Assembly: GCA_047495785.1 (NCBI GenBank)
Contig: JBLDXI010000026.1
Span: 682,001 to 746,000, forward strand
Reading direction: 5' to 3'
Length of the DNA: 64,000 bases
Source: Lepidodermella squamata
Lineage: Eukaryota > Animalia > Gastrotricha
The notes below the pieces were generated by a model. The model did no database searches and was not told the DNA's origin. It saw only the letters and a program-made list of their open reading frames with translations. Numbering within the stretch: position 1 is the stretch's first letter; each line of letters begins with the position of its first letter. Below, in pieces: positions 34,495 through 46,879 of the stretch. Made by a program: the position numbers and the translations under genes.

Positions 34495-37400
34495 TCAGCC
34501 TACGAGGATGAATAATGCATATCCATGAATTGCAATCATTGACAGCAGAGTAATTCCGAAAAACGCCAAATCGAGAAGTCGCAGGTAAGAAACGCCTTTC
34601 CAGCTTTTCGAGCAGAAAGCCGTTTCACTTTCGCTACTGCCTAGGAAGCAAGCGACCAGTTCATACAGCGTGACCCCGGCAGCAACCATAGTCATGAACA
34701 AAACGTAGTCAGATAACAGAATCCTTTGCGATGTCCGAGGAATGTTATCAAGCACGCCAGACATCGCAAGAGCTAAAGCGAGCAAGATCGTGACGCAAAA
34801 CATAGGCCTATCTGGCTCATCCGGTGGCATTACAAACGTAGCCAAAATTAGGAGAGATAGGCAGGTGTTCGGTAGCATTGTACTGAAAACGTAGAACCCA
34901 TACCTACGCGTTACCGATACGTTGAATTTCACTGTTTGAACGTCAGCGCCACTTATTCGATCCGGCTTCATTTCCCAGGAGCATTTCTCGAATTTCCACT
35001 CCGTGAACTGCTTGTTCGAACAGAATAGGTCGATTGCGTTGAAATTAAGCAATTGTATCGATCGTTCAATAGCAAAGGAATATTCACAGGTTTGGCCGTC
35101 GAAAGGGAATTTAGCCAGGTCTAGGTCGCAATCAGCGGAGAAAATGCCGCTTCGAATGAAGTAGAAGCTAATCAGTGGATTGGATTTCGATGAAACAGGC
35201 GTAAGTTTACTGACTACGCCAAGGAGATCCAAGTCGAAATTTTCATCATTTTTCATAAACAGATCGTCAGAACTGGTGGTGAAGAAGTAGTTGGGCATCC
35301 AGAGCTCATTTGGATCAGGAATAAACACGCCCTCCACGCCTCCCTGGTCAATTATCGAGTCATTTCCAAGAATCAGTGTGCAGGTCGAAATGTTCCAACG
35401 CAGTAACATGTAGGTTAGCATTGTTATCTTGCCATCTCGGCTATCAAACTGCAGCAACTTGTCGAAGGCTATCGCAATGTTGATAGGCACTGCTGAACCT
35501 TCGAAATTTCTCGGGGCTGTTTGATTCGGCGAAACGTCTTGGCATAGCTTCAAGAGCAATGCTGCGGTGATTTTGGGGAACGATTTTCCGGCCGGAAAAG
35601 GCGGAATCAAGTTTTCAATTGACAGATTAGGAGATCCCACCAAATTTCCGTCGCCGGAGAGAACTTTCTGAGGAAGCAGAGACTGCTCGCTAACCGCAGT
35701 TGTCGTTGTTGCAGAGGCCCATGGTGGAACGCCTTTTTTCAAAGGAAGTCAGGTTATTCTGTTATCCAAAGATTTCAATTTCATGGGTGAAAGGCACATC
35801 TAGCTTCCTATAACTCTACTAATTGACATCACAATTAAGCGGAATTACATTTCCCAGCAGCTAATCCCAAATCCTTTCTACAATCTGATTGCGAAACTGG
35901 GAAGTTTGAAGTTTCCAAGAAGGTTTCTGATGGATCTCTGTTGGCAGTTCTCAGGGATTCTTAGAGGAATGAAGAGAATTGAGATGAATGAAGAGATTCT
36001 CAGAGGGATTCTCAGGGTTTCCCAGTGGTTTTCAGGGATCTCTGTGGGTGGTAAGGAGGAGCCGCGTACCTCAGGAGTCCGGGAATTCGGAAATTTTTGA
36101 AAGAGCGAAAGGATCCCCTGTTACTTTTTTTAAGATTTTGGCTGGGATAATGCTATCTGCAACTCGTTCGGCTGAGCCTTGTTGGAACTCTGGGATTGTA
36201 AGGAGCAGCCATAAGGACGAAACACACCTGTTGAGATCGACGTGGCGTCAGTCACTGAGGCAGTTGCCGTTGCATCACTTGAAACCATTTGTTGCGTTGA
36301 CGTGAAATCTGCTCCACTTGAAGCTGAAATAGCAGTTGCCGCGTCCGTTGAAGACTATGTCATACATAGATTCTAGTTTATATCAAAGATCACGAAATAA
36401 CTCAAACCCATTGAATCGCAACCGTACTGCTTGAAGTTCCACTGTCTTGAGTTGTTGACCCTACGCCGGGTGATGTTGAAGCAGAGTCGATCGACGTTGA
36501 ATCAGTCGAAGCTATTGGTGAATATAAATGTGCAATCCCCTTTTCTAGGACGAGCTGTCCCTGGAATTCATACTTGGTTTTGTCTTGGCTGGAGACGTCA
36601 ATGGCTTGCTGGTTGAAGTTGAATCAGTCTGCGTTGCTGTAGTTGTCGATACCTGGCTGGTTGAGGTCGTAGCAGATTCTGTTGACGTCGAATCAGCCGG
36701 GGCTGTTGTAGTTGTTGTTTCGGGCGGATCTGGCGGCGACAAATCATAGAATTTGACATACTGGATTGTCGCCTTTGTGAACTTCGATGTCGCCATGCCC
36801 AGCACCAAATCCGGAATTTCTATGAGCTTCTGGGTTCCACTACCATCATCTTTCTTCTGCTCGGTCGTGTACTGGCTGCATATATGATTTCCATCTAAGC
36901 TAGCACCATTTGCCGCAACATATAACTATAAATACAATTTAAACAAATAGCCGAAAATTCTCATGCATTTATACTTGTGTGATGTTCTCTTCGTCTTTTT
37001 TTTGGAGAACTAGTACCACATCCGTGTAGGGCGTGGAAGTGAACTCGACATTAGAGGTATCTGGACAACCAGGTACCTTAGTAGAATCCGATTGATCTGA
37101 TATTAGGCTTGAGCCCATTTCCGTGTAAAAACCGTATTGATAGGTAAACCCGTATCGTGGCTTCATGATCACAGCATAGCCTTGCATTTTTGCGTTATCA
37201 ATGCATATATTGCTTCCATCACACGGTTCCTTCATAGCGGCCTTGTTGAGGAAGAACAAGGTGAAAAATGCGCCTTTTTATGGGCAGATTTTTAGAGTCA
37301 AATCATTAGAAATGATGGTTAATTACCCGCTGGGTCTTCGGGATTTATTTCATACTCAAGCGATACAGACAACTCCACGCGCCAAAATTTGTGGCTTGCG

Positions 37401-37811
37401 AGCTGTTAAATGTATCAACGCTTAGTAACAAAAAATGAGATTTTTGAGCTATTAACAATACCGGCTCTTGGAAATAGATAGCACCCGCCTTTCCATCGCC
37501 CGATCCCAGTACTAAATCGGGAGCATTTAGGCCAGAAACGACGCCGAGTGCCTTGTAAGCAGTTTGATCCGGTGACAAGCAAGTATATTTTGTTAGACTT
37601 AGGTCCTCATAAATTCTTTGACTATAGTCAGCCGTTGGCAGGGGAACCTCTGGGATTGGATCTTCGTACGCATACGCAGGACAATCACTCGGAATCACAC
37701 AAGCTATTAATTGCTAACATTGCTAACGCGGATTAATGCGGCAATGGGAAACTTACGCGTGATTGTTAGAATTACTATCAGAGGCAAAGGTAGAGTTAGT
37801 GACGCTAGCAT
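34495..37811 (-). CDS. Cys-loop ligand-gated ion channel subunit with N-terminal L-type-lectin-like domain and mucin-like stalk (8 exons, predicted 825 aa)
   Basis: Exons 37811-37757, 37703-37462, 37402-37327, 37273-36975, 36925-36574, 36511-36423, 36354-36228 and 35732-34495 are all GT-AG and phase-compatible (2478 nt). The channel part is secure: Cys-loop CDLDLAKFPFDGQTC and four TM segments. The fusion and the lectin call are inferred from splicing and motif alignment. Confidence 0.75.
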
Positions 37812-39623
37812 TATTCTTATGCTTTCAAACAAAAGTGTCTTGGTTTTGACAGCATTCCAATGATTCGAGAAGCGCAGATATTAAAACTTTTTTGTTTATT
37901 TTTCCTTGAGCTCTGGGCAATTATTGCATTCGCGATTGACAAACTCTAAATTAAATGCGTGGTTATAGCTTAAATTCTCATTTGCCGCTTCCGAAAAATT
38001 TATTTTGAAAATATTGCAAACAACATCTCTTCGTTTTCATTTCCTTAACTGAAAAGTCCGTTAGCAATATTGTTTCAAACGTTTTAGTCGAGATTTTTTC
38101 ATTGCGTCGAACGCTTATTATATCGAGAGAAAACTGTGATGTCTTTCACTCACGATAAACTCTTGAGGGGAAATTCTGCGGAAACTGAAAAGTGACTTTC
38201 AAAAGACAACAGTTTGGAAAAGTGAAAATTAAACGTTCACCCAATTAATTACCGAGTAATAAATGTTGATGTATTTCATTTGACCAGCAAAAATTCCCTT
38301 GCCTTGCGTCCGAGTTACACTTTCTATTTTTGTTTCATTCGAACCTAGAGGTAAAAGAGTAACGAAAGCGCCCATAATATTATTGTTTTTTTGGGTCAGG
38401 TTTCAACCGCGCGCGTAGCTTATATCCTCGCTATTGAACCTTAATTACTTCTATTAAATGTGGAATCAGAAAAAATGGCTAAAAAATCTTATAAATTTGG
38501 ACATTGTGCCTGATTATTTCTTTGAAGCGGAAATTTATTCGCTGAATCCGAAGCAGATAATATTTTAACGGACCAAATTTGCCTGTTGCGGAACCTAATT
38601 TTAGTTAAGAAAAAGGTCGCTTTTCAAATATTTCCACGAATTCTAGTTTATTTATGAATTCTATTTATGAATTCTATAATGAAGAATGCGTCTTATCCAG
38701 AATTTCACGCTGAATTCAAAGAAAATTTATTTCAAATTATGCCGATCGATCATGACATCCTTAGAAGCTTCGAAAATGGGGTTTAGGCCCATTAAAAATT
38801 CCAAAATTTGGTTCCGCTAAAAGTAAGACCCAATCCGAAGTACCAAATTTATGGGATTTATGGGTAGGTAAAGATCACCATTTTTCAATAAGCTTTTCAA
38901 TTCGTGTGGCATTGATGAAAAATATTGAGTAGTCGAGTAATTGAAAAACAGTCGTGTTTATCTCCCAAATACAACAAAAGGTGTTCACCGTTATATTGAG
39001 ACGGTTCGTTGTTATCTTTGGAGATTTCGCAGCCATTGCTATGATAAAGCGTCGGTTTTCGGGTTCAAAGTTCATCGATGCGTCGCACTGAAAAAAACCA
39101 AAAAAATATCGATTAATTTTTTGAGCTCTTCGAATAGCCAAAATTATACAGAGTGGCCACAAAAGGCAGCAGAGGAGGTGGGATTTTCGCGCATCAATTT
39201 AAAGAGAAGTATTAAGAAATTGAAGAGTTGAAAATTTTGAATTTTTCAAAGCGCCTCATATAATTGATGCGCTACAATTCCGCCCCTTTTCTGCTTTTTG
39301 TGGCCACCTTGTCGATAACTAGATATTTGGGAATATCGTCGAAAAAACTTGCAGAAAAATTCTATTCTTTAGAAATAATCAATTTCACTGAACAAGTTTT
39401 TCAAAATTTCGAGAATAAAGAAGAGCAGAGGTCTGAACGTTACCATCTGGCGCGTTGTTTTAATTTCCGTTGTTTACATAAGCGGCTGGTTATGTGAAGT
39501 GAACACGAAACACCTGGCGACTCATGTCGCAAAACTGAAAATTAGATTTACTTCATTTTCACAAATTTAAACTTCTTCAAGGTATCAGCTATCGTATCTG
39601 CTATCATAGCCGGCGTATTGTCA

Positions 39624-41896
39624 ATGTTTCGAAGACGGCCATCGCCGCCGTTGCTAATTGAAGATGAGTCACCGGGTACGAACGAGCGATGGACGCCGAA
39701 ATTGGTGATATCAAGCGTGGCCGTTGCTATGGGCCAAATCACGATTTGCTGCTATTTTTTGCAATGGAGCTGCATCGCGAGAATAGCCCCTGAGTTATCG
39801 GCCTATCATCGGAAAGAATTCCCTCTAGCTTTTAGCTTTTATGGAGTCGGCATAGGAATCATGATCCTGATATCGATGTTCCTAAGGAATACGCAGCGTG
39901 ACCGAATTTCGGACAGGTTAGATCTTTTTCAGTTAAAAAATCGAATTTTTATCGAAATTGTTTAGGGTTGCTATGGCTTTTGTTGAAGGGGCTCATGCCT
40001 GCGTGATGCTGTTCTTGAGCTACTTACTGACCTTCGAACGAGATACTGACATGCCTGGCATGTTTTTATGGCCAGCATCTTGCCCTCTTATTGGCATGAT
40101 TCATGGTGAGTGATTTTTTCGTAAAATTTCCTAATTTTTTCCGATTTTTTTGCAGCGTGTGAGCTTCTAATTACCCCTGCGATACTCGTCGAAATCGCCC
40201 CGAAGAGCCTTCGAGGGACATGTGCCAGCCTTCAAGGCGTGTTTTTCGCCCTCGGATTCGCCGTAGCAACCCTATCCTATGCAATACTAGTCGACTATCC
40301 AATCATCCTATGGCATTTTTTAAACAGTAATTTTAAAATTTTAAAATTTTACAAAATATTGAATCAAAATGAATTTTTTAAATTTCATTGAAAAATTTAA
40401 AATTTAAAATTAATTTAATTTAATTTTTCAGTTTTCGCAATCCTGACGCATGCCGTTCAAGCCGTCCTACTATACTTCTTCAGCGCCGACAATCCACGCT
40501 GGCTCGTCCATAAACAGCTCTTCGTAAAAGCCGAAGAAGCCCTACAACAACTCGGCCGCCGCGAAAAAGAGCTAGACGAGCTGAAAAAAGAAGCCGAGGA
40601 GTACGAAAAGTCGAAACGCGGCCAGAAGTTCAACCTATTCGTGTGCATGTGCAACCACTGCGGCGAATTCGGCCTGCCTCTTTTCATTTCGATCAGCGTG
40701 GCCTTGGTCCACCTTATCACAACTGGCTTTTACGTTGGCGAAATTTTCCGAGGCGAATCTTACCGAAATATAACAGGATTCACTGTCTCGCAGCCGCAAT
40801 TAGGAATTAATTCCTTAGGTAAAAAGAATATTATTATTTTCTCAGATTTTGAAATTGAAAATTAAATTAAATTGAATTGAAAAATTTGAAAATTCACAGC
40901 AAATTCGAAATTTTGAAATTTTTAATTGAAGTTTTAAATGTCAGATTTCAAATTTTTGAATCAATTTGTAGGGCTTGTTTCTGGCCGGGTGGTATTTCTC
41001 GTTATTGGCTTAGTAATCAACCTATTTTTCGTCGATCGCATCGGTCGGCGACCTTTAATGATCGGCGGCCTAGCTTCAATGGCCATTTCATTCTTCGTCC
41101 TCGCAATCGGCCTTCACTACCAAAATTTCGCCGCCGTAGTAGCCGGGCACTTTTCCTACGCAATTTCCAACTCGGTCGGCCCAGCTCCGATTTCAGCTTT
41201 CATGATCGCCGAAATGTTTGCTCCGGCATACCGTATAGCAGCTAACAGCTTTTCAATCGTGCTGGCCTCTATCGGCGACTTGGCCATTCAAATGTTGGCG
41301 CGGCAAATTTTCGACGAAGAGGTGAGCTGGGTTCATTTAATTTTTAAATTTTCCAATTTCCCGGTCATTAATAACCCGATAATAAAACTATACGCAAGTG
41401 CAAATTAAGCGCGCATGGTCGGATTTTTAAGAAACTTTGAGCTGCGCGTTGTCAAAGGGCTACTTTCAAATATTCTGGCGGTTTTATAGTCATTCGAAGG
41501 AGGATGGCTTGAATTTCATTTAGGTATATGAACCGCCAGAGTATTCGGAAGTAGCCCTTTGACAACGCGCAGCTCAAAGTTGCTAAAAATCGACTTGGCA
41601 CGAGCACATGCCCGACTTTTTGGGGCTCTGACCTCGACCTAGACCTATATTTTCATTTATTTTTAAATTTTTAATTTCAGAGCATTCGGGAATCTGAGAT
41701 TGTGATAATGTCTCTCATCTGCCTTATCGAACTTTTCCTGCTGTACATGTTCCTGCCCGAAACAGTTGGCGTGCCAGCGAGAGAAATCGTCGATAAACTG
41801 ACCCTAGCTAAGAAACGAAACGCCTCGGACGCTAGTGGCGCCCCGGCCGGTAGCAACGTCGACGCGATACCAATGGAAGAAATGGCTCGTTATTAA
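39624..41896 (+). CDS. MFS sugar-porter (SLC2/GLUT-like) transporter, multi-exon
   Basis: Sugar-porter motifs in the expected order (EIAPKSLRG, NPRWL, FFVDRIGRRPL, IAEMFAPAYR, FLPETVG) with intervening hydrophobic helices. The start codon is tentative. Confidence 0.85.
41418..41594. mobile_element. Intronic fold-back/MITE-like hairpin
   Basis: ACTTTGAGCTGCGCGTTGTCAAAGGGCTACTT and its exact reverse complement AAGTAGCCCTTTGACAACGCGCAGCTCAAAGT lie within ~65-nt arms, inside the last intron of the transporter. Confidence 0.75.
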
Positions 41897-41997
41897 TCTC
41901 TCAGGCTTTCAAGTTTTTCGTCTCATTGATTTTTCTTGTGTTTCTTTTTCACGAATAAAATTTTTGTTTGAGAAAAATTGCGAATTTTTCATCTCCA

Positions 41998-42730
41998 TCA
42001 ATTTATTGTAACCATCAATATCAAAGCGAGAATCAATGAAAATGATAAAAATTGCGGCTTCGTCGGTTGGCTGGCGTGATTGCACAAATTTCGAATAGAA
42101 CAGCAGTACATTTCAAGGAAGAATTCCTTCCGCTCGGCCCAAATCGTATCGCCTTCGCATTCCAAGGTACAGTATCGAAAAATGGTTTTATTCGTTTTCG
42201 TATAGGAATGAACACGCTTCTGTAAAATAAGATTATTCAAGAATTGGAAAAGTTCAAATAATTGACTACATTAAATTAAATTAGATTATAACAGAGAGAT
42301 TCTCAAAATTCCCAGAAAAATCAGGGATAACCACGTCAATTTTTGTTAGAAATTCCAGAATTTTTGGGACAAGGCTGATTCTTAAGCATCGAAAAATAAA
42401 ATGCTCGAAAATTACCCCTCGATAAGGTAGGTTACTACTAAATAAATTTATATATTTTTTCATTTAATATAAGACAAACCATGCAGAATCCCTCTGTTTC
42501 GCACGTGCTGGTGGCATTGTAAACGTCTCGAAATGAGGTTGTAGTACTTTCGATGCAGTTAATAGTCAGTCCATAAGCGGCTTCTAACTTCGAAATCGGA
42601 GCTAGAAACACAAATTGCTTATGCAAACACAGGCCCTACCTGTAAACTGAACCCCCAAGTTGAACCATGAAGCCAACGAAAATAACACAGTGATAAGCGA
42701 AATGCATGAAAATTTCACATTCATGCTCAT
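41998..42730 (-). CDS. GPI-anchored Ly6/uPAR (three-finger) domain protein, 3 exons
   Basis: A signal peptide exon is followed by INCIESTTTSFRDVYNATSTCETEGFCM|KRVHSY...RYCTLECEG...MYCCSIRNLCN and a hydrophobic C-terminal tail. It has 8 Cys and the CC-x-CN terminal motif. Confidence 0.8.
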
Positions 42731-43005
42731 ATTCTCCTTGTTGGGCGACTACAACTTGTGATGCTAATAATACAGTTTCGGCATTATTTGTTTCCTTCCC
42801 ATTGTTATGAAACCCTCACGCAGGTACATACCTAATAATATTAAACCAAGTGAGGGTTTTTTTCTTTTAACGGAATGGTAAAAGTTTAGTGCACCCTAAG
42901 TTCGAGTAAACAACTAACAAGCCTCGAGTTTTTATTTTATTATAATATAAAAGTTTTCTTCAACAAGAGTTCAAACAATAAAATGATCAAGTGCTTGATA
43001 GAAAT

Positions 43006-46000
43006 TCAGGCAAATTTCGCGATGACTTTTTGAATCCATTCAGAGAGAGCCCAAATTCGGGTGTAGACATCAGGGGCCCGGGATCCTGCGCAGCCTTTAC
43101 CGAATGATAACAGTCCGTGTAGTTCCCATTTAGCTCCGACTTGGCAAGCGAGCGGGCTTCCAGAGTCGAGCATTGCTGCGGAAAAATAATTAAATATTAA
43201 ATAATTTGATAGATGATTTTTTCTAGTACCGTGGCACAATTGGTTAGATCCGATTTCATAGCCAGCGCAGAACATGTTTTTCGTCACAAGGGCTTCGTAC
43301 ATGACATGGCGATTGCGGCACTTTTCTTGGGACACGATTGGCACGTGAATTTGGCGCAGTTTGTCCTTCCGGCCTGATTTCGATTCGTGCCAGCCGATTG
43401 TGTAGCATCGATCATAGCGGCGGACGTCGCGAGATGGCAAGCAAATAGCTCCGGTTTGGCCATCAAAGTTGATCTAATTTGAAAAATAATCAAGCTTAAA
43501 ATTTCAAAAAATTTAGTTTCCGACTATTTTATATTTTATTTAATAAAATCCTAAAAATTTGAGTCGGAAAATAAGACAATTTTACCGGAGTTGCAAGCTT
43601 GATCAGAGCAATGTCGAATTCTTTCGAATTTCCAGGCACTTTTCCAAACTCAACATGGGCGTAAATGTTGGAGATTTGAGGACCGGCAACCGCACTAGAG
43701 CCGCCTGGAATCGAAACCTCCCAAAGCTTTACATTACGGTACTCATTTTGAAAGCAATGAGCCGAAGCCAGGATCCATTCTAAAATATTCGAAACTATTA
43801 GGAAAAATCGAAATGGGACTTCGAAACTCACTGTCGCTGATAATTGTTCCAGCACATCGGTGTTGCTTTTGAAACATCAAGTGAACCATCCAAGGGAAAA
43901 CGCCGTTCTAAAAATGTGAAAAAATCGTAAAATAAATATAAAAAAGTGATAAATAGATTGATAAAAAACGCATTTTGAACCACTAAAAATGAGGTGGACT
44001 TGAAAAATTTTACAAAATTTATAAATCAATAACATCCCAAGTTATAAACCACGTTACTTTGCTTAATCCAAATATTTTGAAAAATAAGGAAAAAATTAAA
44101 AAAATTACCTCAACAACAGTTGACCCTCCAATTAGGAAGGGCGATGACCCTGAAAACACAGGAGAAGCCGGTGCCAGGGCGTTAAGCGCTATGCCGCAAG
44201 TGGGCGACAGCATCTCATCATCGTGGCCAATAATTAGTGCCGGCAATTTTTCATCCTCCGCAAATACGGCTTTGTACGAAAATTCAAAACCGCGATCTTC
44301 AATCCAAGAATCGGCGCGAAAAATGATTTCGGCGCCATTTCGCGTGTTAATGACAAAGGCCTCTTCAAACGGCGGCTCATTGGCGCCGTTGCAGAACCTA
44401 ACCCATTGCGGCTTGTTGTCTAAATCTTGGTATTTAATCATCAGAAAATCAGCGGCGCATTCTTTCGAAGCTTGGACCGAAAAATCGAGAAATCGAAATT
44501 CGATTCGCGTCAAATTGTAACTGTCATCCTTCGCCTTTGGAGCTGGCAGCAGCTGCCAACGGCACATTAAGGTGGACGGGTATGTTGGGGACATGGTATA
44601 GGCTGGTGATTGGATGAAGCCAGAGTGGTCTTTCAGTGAAATTCCGGTGGAAGTTGTGCAAGAATCTTCGCTATTAGCCGGCGGGGTTGGAACGGGTGGT
44701 TTCAAATTCGTTGACCCAGTTAAGGTAGATTCCTCGAGGGCCGTTATTGACTTCCATTTCAGGAAGAAGCCGTCCATAGTTGTTGATGAGTCGGTTTCAA
44801 AGACGACCATAACCCATGACGAGCCGATTATCAGCGATTTCGGAGTCGATTTTCCGCACACTCGTTGGCCGAATTTCATCGAGTCGACCCCGCGAGGATA
44901 GAAATTTATCGCATCGAAGGAGCAGTCACCCTGCGTTTCAGATGGCTCGATGCCAAAAGTTTGATTGAAGGTGATCAAAATTTTCTAAAAATGATCAAAA
45001 TTGAAATGGAATCAAAAATGAAAAATCTGATTGTTTTAATTGAATTTAAAATCAAATTGAAATTTTTGAATTTTTGAAATAATTTTTAAAATAATTTTCT
45101 AAATTCTTTAAATTGTCAAAAAATTGATAAATTTAAAATTTATGTTTTTTTACTTTAGACAAAAATTGAAGTTTTAAATTAAATTAAAATTTTGAAATTT
45201 TTACCGTATCAGGAGGTGACATAATGTACCAGACACATCGAACATTATTATCGTATTTTTTCGGGTAATTTTTCGACCCGAACGCACCACTTGACCCAGT
45301 TTGATATCGCGGCGATCCGCAACCGGAATCGATAATTTCGCGCTCAATCGGTGCCATATCACCAGTCTCCAGCGGCATTTCCTCCGGCTTTGGCTTGTCT
45401 TTAACACAGCCCCGCTCGTCATCTCGCGTCGGACAGTCGCCGAACGTGTCGCATTTGTACGAGTGAGGAATGCACCGCGACCCACCTGGTTGAAGTAGGT
45501 CATGAAAATTCTCACACGCGAAATAGGACATTGAACACTGCTTGTTATGCGATTCCAACGCCCGGCCGGTGTGAAAATCGATGCGAAACGGCTTAGCCGG
45601 CGCGTCATTTATCTCAACTTCAATAATCACCGATCGGCCAGGTTCGCCGTAGAAATTCGGTATGGAAACTTTCCCGCAAAATTGGCCTAATTGTTGTTTA
45701 TTCGCGTGACCGTCAATGTAGGAAATTTTGACCCAGTTACGCTCACATCGCCGCCCTGAATCATCAACAACTTTCCGCTCGTCCAGGTCGTTTTGATCGA
45801 ATTTCGTCTCGGCAATGTCGAAATCGTGAAATTCAAGCCGCAGCGATTGGCTATCGTCGCCATCGGTTCCCATTCGGAAACGGGGTTTAGGCCTTTGAGA
45901 CCGTTGTATCGCGTCCTGCTCGGCGAGTAAGTCGTTCGACCTCGGAGCTGCGATAAGATCATCGAGTTCGCTGATGAAATCGTCGAAAAGCAGCCGCCAT

Positions 46001-46265
46001 GCGCATTTGATACGCTTGAATGGCTTCGAATCGGTGAAATTGCTAGGATCGTGGCTGAACAGCTGGCCGTGGTTGGTTGTTTTTAGGGATAAAGATGTCA
46101 TCAACTTTTGACCATGGCCATGATCGGTGCAATAACTCGAGAACTCCTCGCCTAAAATAATTAAAAAAATAATAATAAATAAGCGTATAATTTCTTGGTA
46201 GATTTACCTGTTGCGAAGTTAGAGCTGAGAATAAAAAACAAGAGGGCGAGTTGAATTTTCGCCAT
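43006..46265 (-). CDS. Secreted mosaic protein: CUB - LDLa - CUB - CUB - trypsin-like serine protease domain
   Basis: Signal peptide MAKIQLALLFFILSSNFATG. CUB motifs: CAWRL, LRLEFHDFDI, GQFCGK; NYPKKYDNNVRCVWYI; YPSTLMCRWQL, FRADSWIEDRGF. LDLa: CIPHSYKCDTFGDCPTRDDERGC. Protease: ASAHCF, DIALIKL, DSGSPLAC, PDVYTRI. Confidence 0.88.
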
Positions 46266-46879
46266 TACTATGTGTTGTTAGCAAGTTGTAAGATGAAGAA
46301 ATGGAAAATTCAGTAACATGAAATTGCTCTTGTTAGACTGCACCATTCTGGCACGCGATATTTCTTCAAAAATTGTCAGCTTGATGACCAATGAGAGTGA
46401 GATTTAAATTGAGCTTATAAGACAAGAAAATATGAGAGAAAAATTCAAAATTCAATATAATGCTATGGTCGATTTCTAAATAAATTCAACGAAAAGCCTA
46501 AAAACTTGAACTGGGCAAAATTTTACCACAAAATGTCGCCAATATTCATATTGAAAACATATCAGTGTAACATCGGGAAATCCAGGTTTAAATACCAGAT
46601 CGATTTCGGACTAACATTTTCGTCAGCCAGCCCAAATAAATAAGACAGATTCGTGTAATAGGCTGAAAAAGCCTAGAAAATTGGACTAAATTGAACTGAT
46701 AATCGGGTATCAATAAAGCTCAGAAATATAGCATAGGTCATATCGTATTAGGAAATTCATCCCAATGGGCGATTGCGTTATCGTAAAATAAGCAATACGA
46801 ACTATCAGCATTTGAAAATTCGACATTTATCTCGTAGACCGTGCCATATTGTAGCTATATAAATTTTCTAAATTTGAGT

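Noticed and set aside
34495-35742. ORF-track 415-aa stand-alone channel starting at TTG
   Set aside because: No ATG or signal peptide. A phase-compatible acceptor at 35733/35732 explains it as a terminal exon.
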